A stretch of 22,937 bases of DNA, from NCBI GenBank assembly GCA_041639695.1, contig JBEQBQ010000016.1, positions 1-22,937 of the forward strand, given 5' to 3'. Source of the DNA: Candidatus Nanohaloarchaea archaeon. Its GTDB lineage: Archaea; Nanohalarchaeota; Nanosalinia; Nanosalinales; Nanosalinaceae. The position numbers and the translations under genes were made by a program. Of this stretch, positions 9,062-17,474 are shown in pieces. Under the pieces are notes generated by a model that made no database searches, was not told where the DNA came from, and worked only from the letters and a program-made list of their open reading frames with translations. Each line of letters begins with the position of its first letter. Positions within the stretch are counted from its first letter, which is position 1.

Positions 9062-9883
9062 TTAGCCGAAGATACCGCCTAGAAGGTTTTGAACGAATCC
9101 TGGCCTGTTTGAGTTGCTATTACCCGGATTGTTTCCAGCATTCTCTGACTCGCCTTCAACTTCGATCTCTGTTCCGTTGGCTTCTACTTCTGCTTCAACT
9201 TCTGTCTCGTTTCCATCTCTTTCAATTTCTACTTCAACTTCTCCGTTTCTATTTGAGTCTCTTGCTTCTCTAGCTCTGTCATTTGCCTGTTCAGGCAGTT
9301 CTTCCCTATTCTCTGACTCGGAACGAAGCTCGTTGAGTTCTTCCTGCAGTTCTTTTACCTTTTCTTGAAGTTCTTCAATTCTTTCTCTTGCTTCTTCTAG
9401 GTTCTGTACAGGTTCTTCTTCAGACTCTGTCTCGTTCTCTGCTTCGTTTTCAGGCTCTTCTTTCTCTGCCTCAAATTCCTCCTCAACTCGGAATGCTTCT
9501 CCTGAAGATGCGTCTACACGTACTTCAGCTTCTGCATCCAGTCCGGAGATAATGAACTCAAACTTGTAGTAGCCCCCTTCTTCCTCTGTCGAGGACTCTT
9601 CCAGCTCCCATCTGTCGGTTGAAAGTTCTGATCTAGCTGTCTGGAGAGCTTCTTCCTCAGAAATCTCTATTGAGGTACTGTTGTCTGTACCGTCATCGTT
9701 ACTTTCGTCCTCTTTCTCTTCATCTTCGGTCTCTGTCTCGTTCTCCTCTTCATCTGTATCGGAATCTTCTTCAGGCTCTTCTATATCGTCGCCGTTTTCA
9801 GGGCCTGAGTCCTGTGCTACAGCGGGTGCGACCGCCAGCATGAGAGCTGCGGCAAGCACCAAAGTCTTGGTTGTTGATTTCAT
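9062..9883 (-). CDS. Secreted, highly acidic protein with a PepSY-like domain and coiled coil
   Basis: Signal peptide ending AVA-Q; ISEEEALQTA...YYKFEF...EVRVDASSGE resembles PepSY; heptad segment LEEARERIEELQEKVKELQEELNELR. Confidence 0.75.
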   Translation of the reverse strand: MKSTTKTLVLAAALMLAVAPAVAQDSGPENGDDIEEPEEDSDTDEEENETETEDEEKEDESNDDGTDNSTSIEISEEEALQTARSELSTDRWELEESSTEEEGGYYKFEFIISGLDAEAEVRVDASSGEAFRVEEEFEAEKEEPENEAENETESEEEPVQNLEEARERIEELQEKVKELQEELNELRSESENREELPEQANDRAREARDSNRNGEVEVEIERDGNETEVEAEVEANGTEIEVEGESENAGNNPGNSNSNRPGFVQNLLGGIFG

Positions 9884-9928
9884 CGTAAAGAAAAAATTGA
9901 AAGAGCTAGTTGAAAAAGTGAGAGGGTT

Positions 9929-11140
9929 TCAGGACAGGAGCTCTCTAATCCTGTCTCTGAAATAGAAAGCAGCACCAAAAACTGCTACTATTGCTGCTGC
10001 TGGAATTAAAGGCGTGGAAGAACCTTTATCCTCTTTTTCAGCGACTGACGCATTAACAGTGGTGTCCTCTACGTACACCCGAGTATCCTTGACCCCTCTG
10101 ATCTCGAAGTCAAGCAGGTAGTCTTTCGCTACCGCCCCAGACTCTGTCTTAACCTCAAAAACTGCTGTACCTGTCTGGTTGAGTTCCAAGGTCCCTATGT
10201 ACTTGCTTGAGGAGCTGTAGCTGAACGGCAGATCTGCAGAGTCAAGTACACGGATCCTTGTCGATGAAGATTTTTCAGATCCTATGTTTCTTAGTTCAAT
10301 CTCTAGTTGCCGGGTTTCTCCTACCTTTAACCCGGTTTCAACGTTCACTACCTCAAACCGGGGTTTTCCTGCCAGATTGAAGCTGAAGTCAGCTTCTTCT
10401 GTAATTCTGGAGGTTGGGTCGCTGCTGTCAGCCGAGTAGGCGATCTCTGTAGGTATATCAACTGTTCCTGTCTTTGCTCCCGATTCTATATCAAAGTTGA
10501 AGTTGGCAGATTTTACCTCGCCAGGACCTATGTTTCCTACTGCCTGTCTTGTGGAGAAGCTGGAAGTCTGGTCGAATCCTTCCGGCAGTTCAGTATTCAA
10601 AACCACGTTTTCCGCGGTTTTCTCTCCGTTGTTCACTACTTCGAGCGTCATCTTTGCGTCTTCCGTGTCCGGCGTTAAACGCGAGGGCGAAGTCTGAAGG
10701 TTGGCTAGGTTAAGCTCGATGTCCTGACTTTGGACCTGAACCTCTACTTCTCTAGTTACCGCAACCCCTCCTTGAATTACCTTCAGTTTGAGGTCGTTCA
10801 TGCCGTCAGGGGCATTATCTGCGACCAGTAGTTCTGTCGATATCTGGTATTCCTGTCCCGGAACTATGTCTCCCAGAGAATGGTTTCTCTTCCTGTCCGG
10901 TTTCAGTTCGAAGGGAAAGGAGTCGACTATCTGGACCTTGACGTCTTCAGCCTCTGTGTTGCCTGTGTTCCGTATTTTAAGGTTTATTTCTGCGTCTTCA
11001 CCTGACTGGACCGGAACAGGATCCGTGTTGATGATTGATGGCTGTATTTGTGTTGATGCTCTGTCGGATGTTGTTTGTGCGGCCGCTCCTCCGACAAGAA
11101 GCAGGACCGTTGTGAGAAATGTGATTGTTTTTGTTTTCAT
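9929..11140 (-). CDS. COG1361 S-layer-family protein (Ig-like domains, C-terminal TM anchor)
   Basis: Signal peptide; P.PVQSGE, repeated (I/V)xNxG...A..V and LGDIxPG motifs; C-terminal hydrophobic helix followed by basic residues. Confidence 0.82.
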   Translation of the reverse strand: MKTKTITFLTTVLLLVGGAAAQTTSDRASTQIQPSIINTDPVPVQSGEDAEINLKIRNTGNTEAEDVKVQIVDSFPFELKPDRKRNHSLGDIVPGQEYQISTELLVADNAPDGMNDLKLKVIQGGVAVTREVEVQVQSQDIELNLANLQTSPSRLTPDTEDAKMTLEVVNNGEKTAENVVLNTELPEGFDQTSSFSTRQAVGNIGPGEVKSANFNFDIESGAKTGTVDIPTEIAYSADSSDPTSRITEEADFSFNLAGKPRFEVVNVETGLKVGETRQLEIELRNIGSEKSSSTRIRVLDSADLPFSYSSSSKYIGTLELNQTGTAVFEVKTESGAVAKDYLLDFEIRGVKDTRVYVEDTTVNASVAEKEDKGSSTPLIPAAAIVAVFGAAFYFRDRIRELLS

Positions 11141-12327
11141 TCTTGAGTTTCACCTTTAGCATTATTTTTAGAGATTAGTTTGGATAATGTGAATTTTTCA
11201 GTTCCGAAAGTGAAGTAGCGATCCCATATAACCAGGGCTGAAGGTATTACGGTAAAAGCGGAAACATAAGCCATGGTTGTTGTGAGTGTAAGTAGCGTAC
11301 CGAGGTCAGAGAGGAATGTAACCCTTCCAACGTTCAAAGACAGGAAGCCGATGTTTGCAGCGATTAAACCTACCGTCATAGGAGTTATAACGCCTTTAAT
11401 TGTTTCTTCCATCGATTCTTCTATTCCAAAGCTTTCTCGTTCCTCTATATAGCGTGCAATTGGCTGTATACCGAAGTCTATAGCAACCCCGATGCCCATG
11501 GTTAATGCGCCGGAAGTAGCCGGACTCATATTAAGGCCTAGATAACCGAATATTCCAAAACCTGTTGCAATACCGAATATCAGGGCCAATAAAGAGGTCA
11601 TACCGTAAAATATTGATCTAAAGAGGATTATTACAACCATAATTACTCCTAGAACTGCGACAATACCGGTTATCTGCATGGTTTGCTGTGTCTGATTCTG
11701 GAATGCCTGATCGATGTACGGCTGACCAGTATAAGTTATCTCTAAACCTGCAGGTTTGTCATGCGCTCTAACAGTCTGTCTTATGAGATTTGCTATCTCT
11801 GTTTTCCCACCGTTTGACAGTTCGTAAGTGTTTACTTCTATTTTAGCCGCCGAATAATCGTTGGTTATGAATTGGCTCCATCTCTGCTGCCCTAGCTGTT
11901 GGAACGTTCTGCGTGACTCAGATAAACCGGAGGGTATGTCACTAAACAGGTCTGAAGGTCCTGAAACTGTCTGGACTTCATCAATTTTCCTCAAATCGTT
12001 GGAAACTGATTTGAAAAATCTCAGAGCCCGTGGATCCCTCATATCCCTGACTTCTGTGGAGTTGGCATGGTTTGGGCTTGTTTCGGCCAGTACCGTGTAC
12101 CTTGTTCCGGAGCTGCTGGAGAACTCGGCGCTGATCCTATCATATGCCGCCATTACAGGCACTGAATCAGGTAGTATATCTTCCTGGCTCATCTCCTCCG
12201 TCTGGACCATGGATGCTCCGGAGGCAAGGAAGAAAGAAACAATAAGTGCAACGGCAAGCACTTTAACCGGATTTTCTTCTATGAGGTTTGCGTAGCTTTC
12301 GAGCGCAGAACCAATTTTCCCATTCAT
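11137..12327 (-). CDS. MMPL/RND family transporter, half-size subunit 2
   Basis: One TM, a large external loop (DMRDPRAL..., ITYTGQP), then 5 TMs; GIGVAIDFG motif; 4-nt overlaps with both neighbours. Confidence 0.85.
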   Translation of the reverse strand: MNGKIGSALESYANLIEENPVKVLAVALIVSFFLASGASMVQTEEMSQEDILPDSVPVMAAYDRISAEFSSSSGTRYTVLAETSPNHANSTEVRDMRDPRALRFFKSVSNDLRKIDEVQTVSGPSDLFSDIPSGLSESRRTFQQLGQQRWSQFITNDYSAAKIEVNTYELSNGGKTEIANLIRQTVRAHDKPAGLEITYTGQPYIDQAFQNQTQQTMQITGIVAVLGVIMVVIILFRSIFYGMTSLLALIFGIATGFGIFGYLGLNMSPATSGALTMGIGVAIDFGIQPIARYIEERESFGIEESMEETIKGVITPMTVGLIAANIGFLSLNVGRVTFLSDLGTLLTLTTTMAYVSAFTVIPSALVIWDRYFTFGTEKFTLSKLISKNNAKGETQE

Positions 12328-13427
12328 TCCTTATCACCCTTCCATCTCTCGTATTTTACAATAAGCGCTGGCGTAAGTAGAAGTGCGGCCATCAAGGTCA
12401 GTCCTTCCCCTAGGGCGAGAGTGAGACCTAGGTCTCGCATGAATGAAATTGAGGCGAGTAGTAGAGCTAGGAAGCCTACCAGGTCTGTTGTGGATGATCC
12501 AAGGATCGCCCTTCCGGTATTTGGAACCGCGGTCATTATTCCCTGTTCGATTCCCCGTTCATTTGTTTCCTCGACTATTCTCTCTGCGATAAATGATCCG
12601 TATTCGACACCGAGACCCAGTAGCATGGAGCCTATAGCGATTGTTGCTATGGTCATAGGTATACCTAGTAGGCCCATGGCACCCATGGCCCATAGAAGTC
12701 CTACGAATAACGGTGCGAACGTGGCTGTTCCGTAGACCAGTCCTCTCACCGCCATCAAGAGAACCCATATCAGTAGTGATGCGATCGCTATTATCGTTAC
12801 TGTGTCTGAGATAAGTACTTCGGATAGAACGCTTCTCATTACAGGCACTCCGGTTGTTTGAACATCTATACCCGGGTATTTCGGCGACTGTTCAATATTT
12901 TCCTGTATAACTTCTGTAGCATGTTTGATGTTTTCTTCAGTCATCTCGTTTGATAGCTGGATGTACATGGTTGTAGCAGTGTAGTCTCTGTTTGTGAAGC
13001 TGGCCGAAGAACCTCCCAACAAGTTTTTGACCTGTTCTTTCGACTCAGGATTTTCGTTGAACAACATAGCCATCGAGTTTACTGAGCTGATCGCAGGTTC
13101 GTTCTGGAGTTCATCTTCTAGGAAGTTTAATGTCCTGATCATCCTTGGATCCCGGACATCTGTCACATATTTTTCTTCCAACTGAGTCTTGTCCGTCTCA
13201 AATAGAACTATTATTGAGTCCGGGCTGCCGAAGTTCGACTCTACCTTGTCTTGGGCCTCTATGGCCGGTATATCGTCGGGCAGACTTGATTGGAAATCTG
13301 TCTGGAGCTGTATCTGTGGAAGCCCTAGCGCCAGAATTACAGTTAGTAAGCCGCAGAAAGCTATGATCTTGTTTGTATGCTCCAGGTGTGCTTCGGCGAG
13401 CATCTGTAGTGGCGGCTTCATCAACAT
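12324..13427 (-). CDS. MMPL/RND family transporter, half-size subunit 1
   Basis: One TM, external loop (DVRDPRMI..., TTGVP), then 5 TMs; LLGLGVEYG and TGRAILGS motifs. Start taken at ATG 13427 (or 13421) because the longer ORF start crosses the TATA/palindrome region. Confidence 0.85.
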   Translation of the reverse strand: MLMKPPLQMLAEAHLEHTNKIIAFCGLLTVILALGLPQIQLQTDFQSSLPDDIPAIEAQDKVESNFGSPDSIIVLFETDKTQLEEKYVTDVRDPRMIRTLNFLEDELQNEPAISSVNSMAMLFNENPESKEQVKNLLGGSSASFTNRDYTATTMYIQLSNEMTEENIKHATEVIQENIEQSPKYPGIDVQTTGVPVMRSVLSEVLISDTVTIIAIASLLIWVLLMAVRGLVYGTATFAPLFVGLLWAMGAMGLLGIPMTIATIAIGSMLLGLGVEYGSFIAERIVEETNERGIEQGIMTAVPNTGRAILGSSTTDLVGFLALLLASISFMRDLGLTLALGEGLTLMAALLLTPALIVKYERWKGDKE

Positions 13428-13448
13428 TAAGTTGTAGTGAAACCCAAC

Positions 13449-13474
13449 CTTATAAATCCTGAACGATCGTTCAG
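13449..13474. promoter_or_regulatory. TATA box of the MMPL operon (minus-strand TTTATAAG) plus the adjacent perfect palindrome CTGAACGATCGTTCAG; candidate TetR operator
   Basis: 16-bp perfect inverted repeat at 13459-13474 between divergent genes; TATA at 13449-13456, about 25 nt from ATG 13427. Confidence 0.65.
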
Positions 13475-13513
13475 CGTCCAAAGCTTATTACGGCCTGACC
13501 CCCAATAAAACCT

Positions 13514-14505
13514 GTGAACCGGCAGAGAAACTTCCTGATACTGCTAAATTTCGTATCCTAATAGGAATGATGCTCTCGCCCTACGCAGCCTACATACTGA
13601 TGGGTCTTCTGCTGGCCTACGTTGGAATGCCGCTTCACAGGAAACTAACCCAGCGCCTGTCGGGCAGCCTCTCAGCAGGCATCATAATAATGCTAGTAAT
13701 ACTTTCTGCAGTCATACCGGTAGGGGTTATGGCCGGTAAAGTAGTTACAGACGCTCAAGAAGTTCTTGAAGACACCCAGAACCTGGGAATAGACTTTGAT
13801 CCTATAGAGGAAGAATTAGAAAGTCTGACAGGAAGAAACTACGAGATAGACGACGGCATACAGAGGGTTACACAACGGGCCACCTCCTGGATAACCGGAA
13901 GCCTCTCAGGCATACTAACATTCGCCTCAGGACTGGCGATCGGCCTGACACTGATGTTCTTCTCCATGTTCTATGGACTGAAGGATGGCAGAAGGATAAT
14001 ATCATGGTCTAAAACTCTGGATATAATGACTGACGACATACAGGAGGAACTTTACAAGAAGACGGGCAGAACCACTATGGCCATAATGAAAGGTCACGTT
14101 ATCGTGGCAATAGCACAGGGCATAATCACGGGTATAGGCTTATGGCTTACAGGAATACCTAACATCGGCTTCTGGACTCTTGCCATGGTATTCCTCGGCT
14201 TTATACCGTTAATAGGTACTATGATCGTATGGGTTCCGGCCTCAGCATGGTTAGCGCTTACAGGACAGATACCTCAAGCCGCATTCCTTGTAGCATGGGG
14301 GCTGATAATCGTCGGAGCTGTAGACAACATCCTAAGACCTTACCTGGTTGACGAGGAGGTAAACGTACACCCGATCTACATCATATTCGGAGTTATTGGC
14401 GGCATCAGCGTCTTCGGGATCGTAGGGCTTTTCCTCGGACCTGTAATCTTCGGGATTTCGAAGAACCTTTTACAGGTATACGTAGAGAGATACGACACGC
14501 TCTAA
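13514..14505 (+). CDS. AI-2E family transporter (probable true start GTG 13514, with a 1-nt deletion near 13555)
   Basis: LAY...PLHRKL, FYGLKDG, FIPLIGT..VW.P, VDNILRP and FG..GG..FG..GLFLGP motifs. GTG 13514 gives MNRQRNFLILLNFV and joins ILIGMMLSPY if one base is restored. Confidence 0.88.
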
Positions 14506-14567
14506 AAAACTAGAATGTTTTTACCTATTTTCTCAGATTGGACCCAACAACTGTACCAATAAAAATT

Positions 14568-14581
14568 TGAACGTGCATTCA
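14568..14581. promoter_or_regulatory. Degenerate second copy of the operator (TGAACGTGCATTCA) just before tetR
   Basis: Same 14-bp TGAA-N6-TTCA geometry as the core at 13460-13473, ending 6 nt before ATG 14588. Confidence 0.5.
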
Positions 14582-14587
14582 GTTGTT

Positions 14588-15139
14588 ATGGAAAGCGAAA
14601 ACTCGAAAGACCAGATAATGGACGCCACTTATAGAGCGCTCTGTGAACACGGTTATAGCGATCTATCGATTCAGAAGATAGCCGACGAGTTCGAAAAAGG
14701 AAAGTCACTGATCTACTACCACTTTGACGATAAGCAGGACCTGATGAACTCTTTCCTTGACTACATGATGGAACAACTCGAGGACGGCGAAACTTTCTGC
14801 CTCGAAGGACTGGAAAAAGAGGAAAAATTCGACAAGATGCTGGAAAGCAGTCTTGGGATCGGCGACGAAGAGATGTGGGAGTTCAGGAAGGCCTTGATGG
14901 AGATAGAGGCTCAGACACCTCACAACGAGGAACTGGCAGAGCGTTTCAGCAGGATCGACAGCTTTGTCCAGAAAAAGTTTGAGGAAAGCCTGGAAGAACT
15001 AGAGGTTGAAAACCCTGAGAAACGGGCTGAACTACTGGTTTCAACGATTGACGGATTGATCAGCCGGAAGATGGGGCATGGAACACCTGAAGACCTTGAG
15101 AAGACAAAGAAAGATATCAAACAGACCTTCCTGACTTAA
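14588..15139 (+). CDS. TetR/AcrR family transcriptional regulator
   Basis: IMDATYRALCEHGYSDLSIQKIADEFEKGKSLIYYHFDDKQDL is a haloarchaeal-type TetR HTH. ATG 14588 preferred over TTG 14567. Confidence 0.92.
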   Translation: MESENSKDQIMDATYRALCEHGYSDLSIQKIADEFEKGKSLIYYHFDDKQDLMNSFLDYMMEQLEDGETFCLEGLEKEEKFDKMLESSLGIGDEEMWEFRKALMEIEAQTPHNEELAERFSRIDSFVQKKFEESLEELEVENPEKRAELLVSTIDGLISRKMGHGTPEDLEKTKKDIKQTFLT

Positions 15140-15162
15140 ACAATAAGAAACCATTTCTTCTT

Positions 15163-15404
15163 ATGAGAAAACTTTTTGGCCCGACAATCAGCGTTTTCTC
15201 GGTTCCAACCGCTCTAGCTCATTCAGGATCTCACGGTGCAACAGAAACAGTTGAGAAAACCGGCTGTCTAGGGGACTCAGTTTGCCACTCCGCCGTCGAT
15301 TTTATGGGTTACGGCCTCTTCGGAACAGTTTGATTGGATGGAGCATCGTGCTTCTTTTAGGGCTTTATGGCTGGAAAGAGCTCCGAAACCGAGATATATT
15401 ATAA
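15163..15404 (+). CDS. Small exported membrane-anchored protein (about 80 aa), apparently frameshifted; absent from the ORF track
   Basis: ATG 15163 gives MRKLFGPTISVFSVPTALA-HSGSHG...GCLGDSVCH...GYGLFGTV. Restoring one T at 15329-15331 continues LIGWSIVLLLGLYGWKELRNRDIL*, a TM helix with a basic tail. Confidence 0.6.
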
Positions 15405-15428
15405 GGGCTTTAAACTCAATTAACTATC

Positions 15429-16586
15429 GTGCATTTATCTGACTGGGCTCAAAGGATAGATCTCGGGAAAGAAATTCAGGAAGTCTATCTACACTCCTTC
15501 CTCTTCAGGCTCGGCATAAAGCTCGTAGCAATATTCCTACCACTCTACATCCTGGAGCTCGGCTACAGCATAGAAACGGTAATACTCTTCTTCATGGCCT
15601 ACTACGGCGCTTACGTTTTTTCCAGTCTTTTCAGTGCAGAGATAGCTTCAAGATTTGGCTACAAGCACACGGCGCTTCTGGCAAGCCCATTTATACTAGT
15701 CTTTTATCTGGGGATAAGGATGCTTGAAGGCGGAAGCCTTCTGATCTATCCTATGGCTGTCTTCGGCGGTTTTGCGTTCAATCTCTACTGGATAGGTATA
15801 AACTCCGAACTGGCCGTCAGCAGCCACAGCAAGGACAGAGAGAAAGAAGCAGGATTCTTCTTTTCGATGCCTTCTCTGGCCTCGATACTTTCGCCTTTGA
15901 TAGGCGGCCTGATCCTCACGGTTTTCAGCTTCCAGACCCTTTTCCTCGTTACAGCTCTTATAGTCGGCTGCTCCTTCATACCTTTCCTGTTCTCCAGTGA
16001 GCACCGGGACGGGATGGACTACAGCATAATCGAATTTATTGAGAAGGCGGAACTGAAAGATTTCGCTACCTTTATCGTTAAAGGTGTTAACTCGATTGCG
16101 AAGAAGGTTCTCTGGCCTCTTTATCTCGCTGTGGTTATTCAGGGATCCGTGAACATCGGTGGAGCGGGAAGCTTTCTCTCACTTGGAAGCGCCGTGACCT
16201 CCGTTATGATCGGAAAGGTGCTGAACGAGGGCAACAGAACCCGGATAATAGCTATAGGAACTTTGGTTGCATCGGCCTCCTACGTGCTCATGTCACTGGT
16301 CACGAAGCCTTCGACGGCTTTCATGGTCTCGGCGATCAACGGTTTGAGCTACACCGCGATCCTTATCCCTATCTACAGCAAGGCGATGGATCACTCGGAG
16401 AAAAGTGATGTGATAGAGTACTTCGCGTTAAGAGAGGTGGCGCTTGCGGTCGGAAGAGTGTCTGCACTAGTACTGCTTCTGGCTGTGATCAGCTTTCTTC
16501 CTCAAGCGGTGGCTTTCAGGTACGGCTTCCTGTTCTTCGCTGTAGTTGTTATAGGCATAGGTTTCATGGGAAGCAGGATGGACTAG
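15429..16586 (+). CDS. MFS transporter
   Basis: About 12 hydrophobic segments, IFLPLYI, motif-A-like SAEIASRFGYK, and SPLIGGLI. Confidence 0.85.
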   Translation: MHLSDWAQRIDLGKEIQEVYLHSFLFRLGIKLVAIFLPLYILELGYSIETVILFFMAYYGAYVFSSLFSAEIASRFGYKHTALLASPFILVFYLGIRMLEGGSLLIYPMAVFGGFAFNLYWIGINSELAVSSHSKDREKEAGFFFSMPSLASILSPLIGGLILTVFSFQTLFLVTALIVGCSFIPFLFSSEHRDGMDYSIIEFIEKAELKDFATFIVKGVNSIAKKVLWPLYLAVVIQGSVNIGGAGSFLSLGSAVTSVMIGKVLNEGNRTRIIAIGTLVASASYVLMSLVTKPSTAFMVSAINGLSYTAILIPIYSKAMDHSEKSDVIEYFALREVALAVGRVSALVLLLAVISFLPQAVAFRYGFLFFAVVVIGIGFMGSRMD

Positions 16587-16616
16587 CTGTGTTAAAGCTT
16601 CAGTACTACAAAATTC

Positions 16617-16686
16617 TTAGATGATGAGGTACTGACATCGTCTGACCTCGACAAGAGGGATGATGACGGTAACACCCACTGATTCT
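16617..16686 (+). ncRNA. Box C/D methylation-guide sRNA (twin guide)
   Basis: Box C ATGATGA 16621-16627; 14-nt guide; D' CTGA 16642-16645; CCTC-GACAA-GAGG hairpin; C' ATGATGA 16660-16666; 12-nt guide; D CTGA 16679-16682. Fills the gap between convergent genes; TTAAAG about 25 nt upstream. Confidence 0.88.
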
Positions 16687-17199
16687 CTACAGCATCAAGA
16701 TAAGGATCAGCAGTGAGGCAGCCCCTACAACGTTTACTGACAGCTCTATCAAGAGCTGGACCCTGTTCTCAACGTAATGAGATAAGTGCTCTTTAAAACC
16801 CTCTTTATCCGGCCTGAAGGTGTTTAGATCGGCCGTTGATCGATCAAGCGGGTAAAGACTATACTCTTTTCTGTTAAGAGGGTACAAAAAGTAAACTCCG
16901 ACCGTTCTGCCTGTCAGGTAGTCGGTAAATATATGGAACTCTGTTATCAGAAATATCAGGAGGCCTAAAGCCGGCCAGAGATAGGCCGCCACTAGAGAGA
17001 TTGCAATCCAGACTACGGGAAAGTGAAGGAGTGATTTGTGGTGTTCCTCAAAGTCCGCCTCCCAGAGCAGATCGAAGTCCGGAAGTATAGATAGAAGACC
17101 GGAAAAAACCATCAAACCCCCTGTAAGCTCCAAGCCTGTCGAAAGTACAACGGCCAAGAGGAGCGGGAAGGCTGCGAAAAAGTGGGAAAACGGGAACAT
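16687..17199 (-). CDS. Membrane-bound metal-dependent hydrolase (YdjM/LexA-binding inner-membrane family)
   Basis: MFPFSH, SILPDFD, HHKSLLH, HIFTD and GV.FLYP motifs. Start taken at ATG 17199, with a minus-strand TTATTAA about 25 nt upstream. Confidence 0.8.
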   Translation of the reverse strand: MFPFSHFFAAFPLLLAVVLSTGLELTGGLMVFSGLLSILPDFDLLWEADFEEHHKSLLHFPVVWIAISLVAAYLWPALGLLIFLITEFHIFTDYLTGRTVGVYFLYPLNRKEYSLYPLDRSTADLNTFRPDKEGFKEHLSHYVENRVQLLIELSVNVVGAASLLILILML

Positions 17200-17318
17200 G
17201 AAAACGCATTCAATCAACCAAATTAATAAGACCGACTGGAGAGCCTCAACGCTAATTAAAAACTTCGCTTCCAAGTCTTCGATGGAAGCCAGCATTTTCT
17301 CAAACGAATGTTTCGTTT

Positions 17319-17393
17319 GGTGGAGGTAGGTTAGCTGGTCTATACTCCGACCTTGTGGCGGTCGGGACGCGGGTTCGAATCCCGCCCTCCGCC
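17319..17393 (+). tRNA. tRNA-His(GUG), with genomically encoded G-1
   Basis: Acceptor GTGGAGG/CCTCCGC, C73 discriminator, G at -1 (17319); anticodon stem CGACC/GGTCG with GTG at 17355-17357; GCGGG-TTCGAAT-CCCGC T-arm; no CCA. Confidence 0.95.
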
Positions 17394-17474
17394 CTATACA
17401 GATTATTTTCTATCAAAATCTCGCTAGATTTTTATCAATTGCCTATAATAACAGTTTAACAAACGGGTAATATA

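Noticed and set aside
16667-16676. The D guide CGGTAACACC resembles the sense strand of the 16S 530-loop region
   Set aside because: Guides act antisense. A 10-nt same-sense resemblance is not evidence of an rRNA fragment.
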